From Euryarchaeota archaeon UBA596 (GTDB lineage Archaea > Thermoplasmatota > Poseidoniia > Poseidoniales > Poseidoniaceae): a DNA stretch of 32,874 nucleotides. Numbering within the stretch: position 1 is the first letter of the stretch; every line of letters begins with the position of its first letter. The position numbers and the translations under genes were made by a program. The stretch covers positions 1 to 32,874 of the forward strand of contig DAGQ01000015.1 of the NCBI GenBank assembly GCA_002498205.1, read 5' to 3'. The notes beneath the pieces were generated by a model. It searched no databases. It saw only the letters and a list, made by a program, of their open reading frames with translations, and was not told the origin of the DNA. Below, piece after piece: positions 11,201-19,369 of the stretch.

Positions 11201-11406
11201 TCTTTAGCACCAATATAATTTTTCTTTTTACCGGTTTTTGCTAAACATCCTACGATTTCTTTTCCTGCTATTAATCTATAACCACATGGAGTTTTAGTTT
11301 TTGGTAAATAATAACTAATTACTCCATAATCAATATCACTACTATTGATTTCTAAATCAGGAGACTCACTCTTTTTTTCTTCACTTCCTAACGGTAAATT
11401 AAACAT
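8260..11406 (-). CDS. Large multidomain protein: DUF2226/PATAN-like domain, Roadblock/LC7 domain, second DUF2226/PATAN-like domain, long coiled coil, helical domain, acidic tail
   Basis: Start moved to ATG 11406 (AGGTGA + 5 nt). Using track numbering, aa ~135-237 have a Roadblock pattern (SVIGALASQKGMTIHS...DVENLAS...LELPTLNRVTIHMQDGSLLMMRVDDLDIVAWVSEGAD); aa ~252-340 LDNLLSML...SGYIRV...ILISEGIPVGA; aa ~425-710 are E/R/L/Q-rich heptads. The CDS is solid; the domain calls are by eye. Confidence 0.7.
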   Translation of the reverse strand: MFNLPLGSEEKKSESPDLEINSSDIDYGVISYYLPKTKTPCGYRLIAGKEIVGCLAKTGKKKNYIGAKEAIDELKKVSNKNKLRTVRSTWSQKEFAEVALLVPAAFYDISSLTGITAKHSFSSGFDSLQASSFVDTLTERSSVIGALASQKGMTIHSKGELPVDVENLASTIKSELDRSSKVVNKLELPTLNRVTIHMQDGSLLMMRVDDLDIVAWVSEGADHDAILIDSMAKLNSMPMSNIADDDGSMLEEGLNTLERKGGLDNLLSMLSRGNSESISGYIRVENEKDVLDILISEGIPVGARSIKPLSMKDVAYSSTAPKAKLTLYSLPKIERLKEHLNTTKKFTLNSFCDNIAKSRTRSKDREKQINKRLMKMFGFAIGIEDLSKDLGEWTLKENKSTGAKLLPKAQSGTMLMPTSVIDSKEFDKIKQEQARLIKEVAKMERQRDNVKASYESSKVEVDGMRARISEMQKLNTDNVDQISQLKVDLRESTNGQELALSRNESLTHRIKELENQVEHRIEELAQAVGESESREKLQRMVSELSEQEIRLKSEVEAGDIRLRQLRASIDADDRRHRMVADQLESQRERHRQATAISNELERRIESQNKELEDLDAEAASHRKLMEEERSYFLDSERRLGHLHAEVKELHEERRRLMRELGDLSGRRSEAETEVNNLISTAESLKDAHDAALSDIDEANVIRAKLRDEPLAQALLGQDHGFSSLAPIMQRLDRMRELGYSLTLMDRAIERGLTIIQHNVDNVAKTPRYLLSSEVMDLLQSQTPETASTIRGLTNWSVRQRLESKLKEIVQLVVLDLEGLLDEFERSTTLLRKMRQMITQLEELGVPKETLYRLEALCNRPEALPHIANNLRETIQSALDSIFLEADQGDAGVAVVMEKTANSLDEAMKQLDETGLTFSSKKPTSLWRFQENGLLPHEDIKLESERPSVSEEIIRELNPHNASNSESVEVSNETVNDEDGWTSMEIITSKEVNEENNNEDDIIEEDNRIAIDAELAKLDHAWERRNISSEEEEEDPLNELNNEFENFEI

Positions 11407-11416
11407 TTTTATCACC

Positions 11417-11761
11417 TTATATTAACTGAGCAATTGCTTCTTTTTTTGTATCTAATTCATAACTTATTCTACCAAGATTAGGGTTTTCGTCAGTTAAAAT
11501 ACCAATATACTTCCTATCCGGTAATGCACACAAAAGGATAGTTCCATTTTTTGATTCAATCCAACATTGATTAGCATCACCCATGCCACATAATTTCGCA
11601 CTCATATCGATTGTTTGTAGCAGGGCACCAAAGTCCATAAATGAAACGTCTTGTCTTTTAGTACTATAAGTTTGCATCAATTCATTCCCAATATTATCGA
11701 TAATCGCTGCAAATCGAACACTTGGAATATTACAAAATGATGCTAATAATCGTTGTAACAT
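11417..11761 (-). CDS. Roadblock/LC7 (MglB-like) domain protein
   Basis: 114 aa, helix-VRFAAIIDNIG-helix-GMGDANQCWIESKNGTILL...IGILTDENPNLGRISYEL; NLG.I.YE is a typical Roadblock C-terminal motif. Confidence 0.85.
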   Translation of the reverse strand: MLQRLLASFCNIPSVRFAAIIDNIGNELMQTYSTKRQDVSFMDFGALLQTIDMSAKLCGMGDANQCWIESKNGTILLCALPDRKYIGILTDENPNLGRISYELDTKKEAIAQLI

Positions 11762-11889
11762 ACGCCTCTAGATGCATCAGTGTGTAGCCTAGTTCAAGAT
11801 ATTTGGGGGTAATTTAACTCTCTAAATATCGTTTAGTCACTCTATTTTTTGTTACCGAAACATATTTTATCTTTTTTTGAATTTTTCAA

Positions 11890-11946
11890 TTGGAAAATTA
11901 AAAATTAAATTGAATAATTATAACTAATATTAATTTAATTTTCCAA
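11890..11946. repeat. 13-bp perfect inverted repeat TTGGAAAATTAAA / TTTAATTTTCCAA, 31-nt AT-rich spacer
   Basis: Arms at 11890-11902 and 11934-11946 in the divergent intergenic region. Confidence 0.6.
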
Positions 11947-11979
11947 AGCAATCAAATCCAAACTATCTTAGCGTATATT

Positions 11980-12648
11980 ATGGACCCGAGAAAATCAGTC
12001 ACATTTGCTTACGATTCAATAGGGTCTGATTTTGGGAAAAAACGTACAAATACATGGGACTTTGTTGTAGAGTGGTTAAATAATTTGATCTCAAAAAATA
12101 CTCAAAAAGAACTAAAAATATTAATTGCAGGTTGTGGAAATGGAAGACATGTTAGATTAGCAGAAGAACTAGGATTCAAAGTATCTGCAATTGATATCTC
12201 ATCCAGTATGGTAAATGCGACAATTAAAGCTGAGAAAGAATGTGGTCGTTCCGGAGAAAATATTTTCAAATCAGATGTTTGTAATTTACAATTTATTGAT
12301 GACGAATTCGATGCTATAATGTGTATTGCAGTATTACATCATTTACCATCCGAATTAAATAAAATTGCTTTGAATGAATTTTCAAGAGTAATAAAAAAGA
12401 ACGGTGAGATATTAATCTCATGTTGGGATCCATCCGCACCCTCCGTAATTAATGGGATAATTGATTCTGAAAATGAAGATGTAGTGTGGGTTTCCTGGAC
12501 TTTACCAGATTCATCTAAGATTTCTAGATATTATCATTTACCTAACATTGAAATGAGGAGTAAAGTATGGAATAATATAGAGGGATTAAATTGTATTAAT
12601 TTTGAACTTAATAATTTCAATCAATTATTCTATTTTGTTAAAGTTTAG
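11980..12648 (+). CDS. Class I SAM methyltransferase, Trm9/ALKBH8-like (putative tRNA U34 carboxymethyl methyltransferase)
   Basis: AYDSIGSDFGKKRTNTWDFVVEWL, GCGNGRH, FDAIMCIAVLHHL, ILISCW, VSW...RYYHL parallel the Trm9/ALKBH8 motifs; adjacent to ncsA. Confidence 0.7.
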   Translation: MDPRKSVTFAYDSIGSDFGKKRTNTWDFVVEWLNNLISKNTQKELKILIAGCGNGRHVRLAEELGFKVSAIDISSSMVNATIKAEKECGRSGENIFKSDVCNLQFIDDEFDAIMCIAVLHHLPSELNKIALNEFSRVIKKNGEILISCWDPSAPSVINGIIDSENEDVVWVSWTLPDSSKISRYYHLPNIEMRSKVWNNIEGLNCINFELNNFNQLFYFVKV

Positions 12649-12689
12649 TTTGTCCGATGAGTTGAAGGTTCAGATTCAATGCGAGTATT

Positions 12690-13697
12690 GTGTCGGCGAT
12701 TGAGATTTCACCATGTTCCCGTTGTCGAAAACCAGCGATTTTATTCCAAGAATACTCTGGACAACATTATTGTTCAAGTTGTCTAATAAGAAGTGTTAGA
12801 AAAAGAATTGGCAAAGAATTAAGAAAACAATTAATACTTCCAAAAGGTGGAAAAAAAGAAAAAACAACAATTATGGTTGCAGTTAGTGGAGGTAAGGATT
12901 CTGCGGTTCTTTTGGAGACTTTACACCATTTTTTGAAAGATAGACAAGATGTCACGTTAATTGCGGGTTGTGTAAATGAAGGTATTGAGGGTTATAGACA
13001 ACCTTCAATGGAATGTGCTGAAGAGTTAGCCAATAAACTCGGAATCGAATTTAAGTCTTTGAGTTATAAATCGTTAGGCTTTGATGATATGGACAATGTT
13101 GTAAAAATAATCCCTAAAGTTAGTGAAAAACATGATGAAGTTCGGGGAATGTCACCTTGTTCTTTTTGCGGTGTTTTTAGAAGGCAAGGGATTAACAAAT
13201 TAGCTTCAGAAATTAATGCTGATTATGTTGCTTTTGGACATAATTTAGATGATATGGCACAGACAGTTTTAATGAATTTACAAAAAGGAGATTTAGAACG
13301 AACAATACGTCTAGCACCACATACCTGGGCACCAATTAAAGGAATGGCTCCTAGAATTGTTCCAATAAGATGGATCCCAGAACAAGAAGTTCAAGCTTAT
13401 GCCATGACATTAGATTTACCATTCCATGATGATGAATGTCCACACTCTCATCAAGCATTAAGAATTTTACATAGAGATATTGTTGCTAAGATGGAAGATG
13501 CAGTTCCAGGAACGCGTCATGGTTTAGTACATTCATCAGATTCAATAAAGGAAATGTTTGTAAAAAATAATACTAATGGACAGGTCTCTGATTTTAGCAA
13601 TAAAAGCGCAAATAATTGTAAAATTTGTGGAGAAATCACAAGTCAAGAAATTTGTAAAGCATGTATTATGAAAAAATGGATAATCGATGAATCATAA
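12690..13697 (+). CDS. ncsA: tRNA 2-thiolation protein NcsA/Ctu1/TtuA family (TIGR00269-like)
   Basis: N-terminal CSRC/CSSC, PP-loop SGGKDS, CSFCGVFRR, GHNLDD, ECPH, C-terminal CKIC...CKAC. Confidence 0.88.
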   Translation: MSAIEISPCSRCRKPAILFQEYSGQHYCSSCLIRSVRKRIGKELRKQLILPKGGKKEKTTIMVAVSGGKDSAVLLETLHHFLKDRQDVTLIAGCVNEGIEGYRQPSMECAEELANKLGIEFKSLSYKSLGFDDMDNVVKIIPKVSEKHDEVRGMSPCSFCGVFRRQGINKLASEINADYVAFGHNLDDMAQTVLMNLQKGDLERTIRLAPHTWAPIKGMAPRIVPIRWIPEQEVQAYAMTLDLPFHDDECPHSHQALRILHRDIVAKMEDAVPGTRHGLVHSSDSIKEMFVKNNTNGQVSDFSNKSANNCKICGEITSQEICKACIMKKWIIDES

Positions 13698-14462
13698 TTT
13701 TAAATCAATTATTACAGGTGCATGATCACTAACTATTAGTCCCCCTTCTCGATTGATTTCTGCATTAATTACTAGCTTCGCTGCTGCCTTATTTGCTAAA
13801 AAATAATCTATTCTCCATCCTCTATCGAGAATTCTCGCTCTCCCTCTATTTGACCACCAAGAGTATGGTCCTTTTACATCACCAAATTCCCTTCTACAAA
13901 CATCAACCCACCCATTTTCAAGTATCCTATCGAACCATTCTCTTTCATTAGGTAAAAACCCAGAAGTCATTTTATTTCCAGAAGGATTCCAAATATCATT
14001 TTCCGTATGTGCAATATTTAAATCACCAGCAATAATTACAGGTGAATCTAGATTAACGTATTCATTTAGCCAAATTAAATATTTATCCATCCATTCTTCT
14101 TTGAATGCTTGTCTTTCAATTTTTGAACTCCCACTAGGTAGATATGTATTAATTAATGTCAAATTTCCATGTTTGGTAATTAATATTCTTCCTTCATCAT
14201 CATTTTCATTATTTTTTCCTTTACCAATAATTGTGAAATCTTGATTTGATAGTGTAGCAACTCCAGAATAACCTTTCCTTATTGCAGGATGCCAAGCATA
14301 ATTCATTTCAAGCGGAGGAACCCAATCTTTTGGAAGTTGTTCTTCTAAACAACGAATTTCTTGTAACATTAAGATATCAGGCTTTAAATTATTAATGAAT
14401 TCATCTAAACCTTTGCGTATGGCGGCTCTAATCCCATTTACATTCCAAGAAATTAAACGCAT
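13692..14462 (-). CDS. xth: Exodeoxyribonuclease III (AP endonuclease)
   Basis: ISWNVNGIRA, LQE, GYSGVA, GDLNIAH, YSWWSNR, GWRIDY, SDHAPV. Confidence 0.96.
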   Translation of the reverse strand: MRLISWNVNGIRAAIRKGLDEFINNLKPDILMLQEIRCLEEQLPKDWVPPLEMNYAWHPAIRKGYSGVATLSNQDFTIIGKGKNNENDDEGRILITKHGNLTLINTYLPSGSSKIERQAFKEEWMDKYLIWLNEYVNLDSPVIIAGDLNIAHTENDIWNPSGNKMTSGFLPNEREWFDRILENGWVDVCRREFGDVKGPYSWWSNRGRARILDRGWRIDYFLANKAAAKLVINAEINREGGLIVSDHAPVIIDLKL

Positions 14463-14466
14463 TTTC

Positions 14467-14946
14467 TCACAGCAAATTATTTACTAATCTATCTAAATTT
14501 TGAATTCTTCCACAATAATGGCATTGTAGAGTCATTGGTGACGTTTTTAACACTTTTAGGCGATGTGGCAAAGGCTCTCTTTCAGCATTACTAATACAAT
14601 TCGAATAAATACAATGTGCAACATTTATCATTTCATCACCGATTTGAATTGATAATTTTTCTGCAACAGAATAATTCCGAATAATAGATACAGAAGCCAT
14701 AGGGGCAATTAATGCTAATCGATCAAGTTCTTCTTGAGTTAATTCTCTATCTTCGATTTTCAATATGTCTTTTGTTCCAAGTTTTCTAGATGGAACATTC
14801 ATCACTAAAGAAATTGGATTTGAATGTCTTCCATCTACATTGAAAATTTGTAATGCCTGTAACACCATTCCACCAGGTATATGATCAATTACAGTACCAT
14901 TTCGAATTGCGGTAACCCTTCTCATTGATTGTTCATCTGCAGTCAT
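14467..14946 (-). CDS. pyrI: Aspartate carbamoyltransferase regulatory subunit
   Basis: AIRNGTVIDHIP, NVPSRKLGTKDILKIE, Zn ligands CIYSNC and CHYC; directly after pyrB. Confidence 0.96.
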   Translation of the reverse strand: MTADEQSMRRVTAIRNGTVIDHIPGGMVLQALQIFNVDGRHSNPISLVMNVPSRKLGTKDILKIEDRELTQEELDRLALIAPMASVSIIRNYSVAEKLSIQIGDEMINVAHCIYSNCISNAEREPLPHRLKVLKTSPMTLQCHYCGRIQNLDRLVNNLL

Positions 14947-15887
14947 TAATTTCCACCCCCGATATTTTCTGGAATTGGGACATTTAACATATCACAAAGT
15001 AACGCCATTCTAGTTACTACTCCATTAAACGCTTGTTCAAAATATGCTGCATGTCTTGTAGAATCAACATCAGGATTAATTTCATCTACACGAGGAAGGG
15101 GGTGCATTACAATCATATCCTTTTTTACTGAAGCTAAATCATTTGCAACTAATTTGTATATTCCAGCAACTCTAAAATATTCATCATCATCAGGGAATCT
15201 TTCTTTTTGAATCCTAGTCATATATACTACATCAGCATCTTTTAATTGTGGCTTCAAATCCTCTGTAATTGTCAATTCACCACCTTGTTCCTTTAATTCA
15301 TTAACAATTTCTTCAGGTAAACGCAGACTTTCTGGACTAACTAATGTTAGTTTGCATCCAAATCTAACCAAAGCGTATGAAAGTGAATGAACAGTTCTTC
15401 CAAATCGAAGATCACCAACTAATACTACGTTTAATTTTTCGATTTTTCCATGTGCTTGCTTGATTGTAAATAAATCTAGCATAGTCTGTGTTGGATGATG
15501 TCCAGCACCGTCACCTGCATTTGCAATTGGAACTTTTGCGCAATCAGAGGCGTATTGTGCAGCACCTTGGCGCGGATGTCTTAATGCAATAATATCTGAA
15601 TATCCATCAACCATACGAATAGTGTCGTGTAATGTTTCACCTTTTACAACAGATGAAGATGCTACAGCACCTAAATTAATTACATCTCCACCCAATCTTT
15701 TCATTGCAGTTTCAAATGACATTCTAGTTCTAGTAGATGGCTCAAAAAATAAATTTCCAAGAATCTTCCCTTTTAACAAAGGAAGGTGAAAGTTACCTTT
15801 TGCAACAGGTAATAATTTTTCAGCATCTAATAGAATTCTATGAATGTCATCATTAGTTAAATCGTTCATTGTTATCAGGGAATTCAT
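14946..15887 (-). CDS. pyrB: Aspartate carbamoyltransferase catalytic subunit
   Basis: FFEPSTRTRMSF, NAGDG...HPTQ, YMTRIQKER, MHPLPR. Confidence 0.97.
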   Translation of the reverse strand: MNSLITMNDLTNDDIHRILLDAEKLLPVAKGNFHLPLLKGKILGNLFFEPSTRTRMSFETAMKRLGGDVINLGAVASSSVVKGETLHDTIRMVDGYSDIIALRHPRQGAAQYASDCAKVPIANAGDGAGHHPTQTMLDLFTIKQAHGKIEKLNVVLVGDLRFGRTVHSLSYALVRFGCKLTLVSPESLRLPEEIVNELKEQGGELTITEDLKPQLKDADVVYMTRIQKERFPDDDEYFRVAGIYKLVANDLASVKKDMIVMHPLPRVDEINPDVDSTRHAAYFEQAFNGVVTRMALLCDMLNVPIPENIGGGN

Positions 15888-16002
15888 GCTCTTCGACCTA
15901 ATCGTTTAGACGGCTATCAATAACCCTTCCCCTATCTTGAAAGGCAAAATAATTGAACTAATAGGGGTGTCTTTCTTGAATAAGAGCATCCTCCGCGCTC
16001 TA

Positions 16003-16968
16003 ATGATAGTGAGCCGAACGCCCCTAAGAGTTTCATTTTGTGGCGGTGGAACGGACTTAGAAGCATATTATTCCACATCAGATGACGGTGGTTGTGTTAC
16101 ATCTGTAGCTTTGAATAAATATGTATATGTGACCGTTAATTCAAGATTTGATGATTCAGTAAGAGTTTCATATTCTGAGATGGAAATTGTTGATGATTTT
16201 GAAAATTTAAATCATCAATTAGTTAAAGAAGCTATGAGGATGACTGGAGTTACTAAAGGGGTTGAAATTACAACAATTGCAGACATTCCTAGTAAGGGGA
16301 GTGGTTTAGGCTCGTCTTCTGCAGTAACAGTCGGATTATTACATGCATTACATTGTTTCGCGGGTAGAAAACCTACTTCTAGACAATTAGCAGAAGAAGC
16401 ATGTAAAATCGAAATAAATATATTAGGTCAAACTATTGGTAAACAAGATCAGTATGCAGTAGCATTTGGGGGTTGTAATCATATTATTTTTAATCAAGAT
16501 GGTACAGTAATTGTAGAAAATATATCTGATGAAATACAATTAAAAGGTAATTTTTCATTAATTTATACAGGCATTACAAGATTAGCAAATGAGATACTTA
16601 AAGATCAAAATAGTAAAACAAGTCAAAATCGAAATAATTTAGATTTATTAGTAGTTCAAGCAAAGAAGGCTAAGAAAATGATTGTTGAGGAAAATTTTTT
16701 GGGATTAGCCAAATTATTAGATGAAACTTGGGCTTGTAAAAAAGAATTAAGTCCCAGTATTTCTAATGATGAAATAGATTTAATGTTTCAAAAATTATTT
16801 GATTGCGGAACCCAAGGTGCTAAACTACTAGGTGCTGGAGGAGGAGGTTTCATCCTTTTTGATGGAAATAATGATGTATTAGAAAAAGTAAAGTCTGTAT
16901 TCCCACAAAATAAAATAATTCCTTTAGAGATTGATAATAGGGGTACTTGTATCCTTTATTCAGATTAG
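16003..16968 (+). CDS. GHMP kinase, HddA-like (D-glycero-alpha-D-manno-heptose-7-phosphate kinase family)
   Basis: MIVSRTPLRVSFCGGGTD, PSKGSGLGSSSA, IGKQDQYA, GAKLLGAGGGGF. Start moved to ATG 16003, which matches the family N-terminus. Confidence 0.85.
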   Translation: MIVSRTPLRVSFCGGGTDLEAYYSTSDDGGCVTSVALNKYVYVTVNSRFDDSVRVSYSEMEIVDDFENLNHQLVKEAMRMTGVTKGVEITTIADIPSKGSGLGSSSAVTVGLLHALHCFAGRKPTSRQLAEEACKIEINILGQTIGKQDQYAVAFGGCNHIIFNQDGTVIVENISDEIQLKGNFSLIYTGITRLANEILKDQNSKTSQNRNNLDLLVVQAKKAKKMIVEENFLGLAKLLDETWACKKELSPSISNDEIDLMFQKLFDCGTQGAKLLGAGGGGFILFDGNNDVLEKVKSVFPQNKIIPLEIDNRGTCILYSD

Positions 16969-16980
16969 TTAGGTGATATC

Positions 16981-19350
16981 GTGAAAAAAGAAATGATAAT
17001 GATTTTATGTTTATTTTTTAGTATATTTACTAGTATTATTCCTAATTCAATTGCAGAATCACAAAGTATGGAAGATTCTATTGAGTTATCATTTAATTTT
17101 TTAGATGAGGTTTCGGGTCAAATAATTAGTTCTGCTGAAATTTCAGTTATTGAGGGTTGGACTGGAATAGTGCTCCAACAAAATATTATTAATTCAGGAG
17201 ACTCAATTTTTGTGATGTCAAATCATAGTATTAGATTTAAATTTAATGCAGATGGTTATGAAGAGCAGCATTTAATTTCTAATGTTTATTTAATTGCAGA
17301 ATCAATTAATATAAATTTTAATTCCGAATCTGAGAATTATGAAATCGAAAAAGAAGATGAGGTAAATACTTCAGGAGGAGAAATTGAACTAACTTTCTTG
17401 AACTCTATGTCTTCAGATTCAGATTTAGATTTAAGTTGGTTTGCAAATTATTCATTTTCAATGCATATGGGAGTAAATTTACTTCCAATGAAATATTTAG
17501 GGTTGTCTGGACAAATTGATTTTTGGATTGGTGATAAAGATGAAGTATTACAAAATAATGAGATAGAATTATTTTTAATTTGGCTAAACCAACAAGCTTG
17601 GACAGATTCTTATTTTGGGGGTTGTTGTAAGATAGATGGCGAATTTACTCAAACATCAGAGTTAGTTAAACCAGAAAATAGTTGGATCGATTTAGATTTA
17701 GGGACTTGGGGGTGGAATGAGTCTACACTTTTATCAGTACATTCGGGTTTTACTGGTAATCGTTTGTTAGAAATACCTTTACAGAACGATTTGAGACAAT
17801 TAGCAAATATGAAAATATCAACACCTTCTGATTGGGAATTTAGATATTCTCCAAATTTGGATTTATTGGAAGGTAATCCTACAGAATTTACTGTTAATCG
17901 TAGTTTCTCAGGAATTGGAGGTTCAATTCCAATTACTTTTGGAGAAAATACACCTCCTGTTGTAAACCCTAATGTAATTGGCCATATTGGCTTATCATTG
18001 CCTCTGGATAAAAATATAACATTTGATGGATCAAATTCTGTAGACTCTTCTCACGAAATTGGATTTGGTCCTAATTTAGAATGTATGTGGAAATTTGAAT
18101 CAGGTGATATAATTACCCAATTTTCACAAATGTCAGTTACTGTAAATTTAACAGAACTAGGGTTTTCATCAGATACAAATCTTGAAACAATTTTTGAATG
18201 TACAGATCATCAAGGGCTTACTGATTTTTGGAATAAAAGTTGGTATTTGGATTCTAAATCACCTACTCTCAACACTTTACTCGGAGATGCAGAATGTATT
18301 GATAATCCACTTGAAAATAATTTATTAGAATGTGAAAATTTATTGGTAGAATTTAGTCAAATGTTAAATTTCAATTTATCCCTAGAAGACGATGGCCCTT
18401 CTGATTTACTAGTTTATTGGACATCAAACCATATTGATGGGTGGGCTGCAGATGGAAATGAAATGAGTGTAGTATTTTGGCAAGGTCAAAATTCAAATAT
18501 CAATTTTATTGTAAATGATAAACAACATGAACAAAGAGAATTAGCGATTTGGGAATTAAATTTAAGAGTATCAGATGAAGTTGGAAATGATTTAATGAAA
18601 TCATGGAACGTTACAGTTCTAGATGGGTCCTCTCCAAGAATAAATATGAAGTTAAATAATCAATTTGGTTTGGTTGACCCATATTCTGGTATTTTTTCTG
18701 GAGATACAATCAATATTGATTTGTACCCTAGTTATGATGATATTAATTCTATTGAAGATGTTAGGTTTTTAGTTAGTTTAGACGGAGAAACTTTTGCGGA
18801 TAGTAATGAAGTCGGTTGGGAGGGTATAAAATCTGCAGAGATTCCAAAACTTGAAGTGGGTGTTCATGAATTAGTCGTGAATGCTACAGATTTTTCGGGT
18901 AATTCTGCTGAAGAGCGTTTTCAAATAATTGTTCATCCGCCACCAATTATTGACATCATTAGTGCAGATATTTTTATCTCATCAGAAAAATTAATCCAAG
19001 GAGAAAATGAATTAGAATTTAGATTAGTAAATGCGGGTGGTTCTGAATATGATGTAATAATTTGTATTCAAAGCAAATGTTTAGATTATAATGGAACTAG
19101 TTCGACATTTGAAGGATATGGATTTACAAATTTTACATTGAAATATAATTTAAATGAAACAGAAAATTTAGAAGTAAATTATACATTTAAATCTGGGATT
19201 GAAAATATTCAATTTAACAATAGTTATGAATTTGATTTCGAAGAAAATAATGATTTAGAATTCTCTAATACGATTACAATCGTTATATTTTTCTTTATTT
19301 TCTTTTGTGTATTATTTTTTATTAAAATGAAACCAAGAAAGAGAAAATAA
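16981..19350 (+). CDS. Large acidic secreted cell-surface protein with PKD/Ig-like domains and C-terminal membrane anchor
   Basis: SD AGGTGA + GTG; signal peptide; NTPPVV...NITFDGSNSVD...MWKF PKD-like segment; LRVSDEVGN and VNATDFSGN Ig-like motifs; C-terminal TM + KMKPRKRK; many N-x-S/T sequons. Confidence 0.75.
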   Translation: MKKEMIMILCLFFSIFTSIIPNSIAESQSMEDSIELSFNFLDEVSGQIISSAEISVIEGWTGIVLQQNIINSGDSIFVMSNHSIRFKFNADGYEEQHLISNVYLIAESININFNSESENYEIEKEDEVNTSGGEIELTFLNSMSSDSDLDLSWFANYSFSMHMGVNLLPMKYLGLSGQIDFWIGDKDEVLQNNEIELFLIWLNQQAWTDSYFGGCCKIDGEFTQTSELVKPENSWIDLDLGTWGWNESTLLSVHSGFTGNRLLEIPLQNDLRQLANMKISTPSDWEFRYSPNLDLLEGNPTEFTVNRSFSGIGGSIPITFGENTPPVVNPNVIGHIGLSLPLDKNITFDGSNSVDSSHEIGFGPNLECMWKFESGDIITQFSQMSVTVNLTELGFSSDTNLETIFECTDHQGLTDFWNKSWYLDSKSPTLNTLLGDAECIDNPLENNLLECENLLVEFSQMLNFNLSLEDDGPSDLLVYWTSNHIDGWAADGNEMSVVFWQGQNSNINFIVNDKQHEQRELAIWELNLRVSDEVGNDLMKSWNVTVLDGSSPRINMKLNNQFGLVDPYSGIFSGDTINIDLYPSYDDINSIEDVRFLVSLDGETFADSNEVGWEGIKSAEIPKLEVGVHELVVNATDFSGNSAEERFQIIVHPPPIIDIISADIFISSEKLIQGENELEFRLVNAGGSEYDVIICIQSKCLDYNGTSSTFEGYGFTNFTLKYNLNETENLEVNYTFKSGIENIQFNNSYEFDFEENNDLEFSNTITIVIFFFIFFCVLFFIKMKPRKRK

Positions 19351-19369
19351 TATTAAAAATGGTGAGAAA

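Noticed and set aside
8260..11406. SMC/Rad50 or chemoreceptor call for the giant coiled-coil protein
   Set aside because: No Walker A/B, ABC signature, zinc hook, TM helices or MCP signalling motif.
15929..15975. Possible pseudoknot upstream of pyrB/hddA (CCCCTAT/ATAGGGG plus GAAAGGCA/TGTCTTTC)
   Set aside because: A 3-nt linker would have to span about 15 bp of helix, so both stems cannot form together; the arms are short and probably lie upstream of the TSSs.
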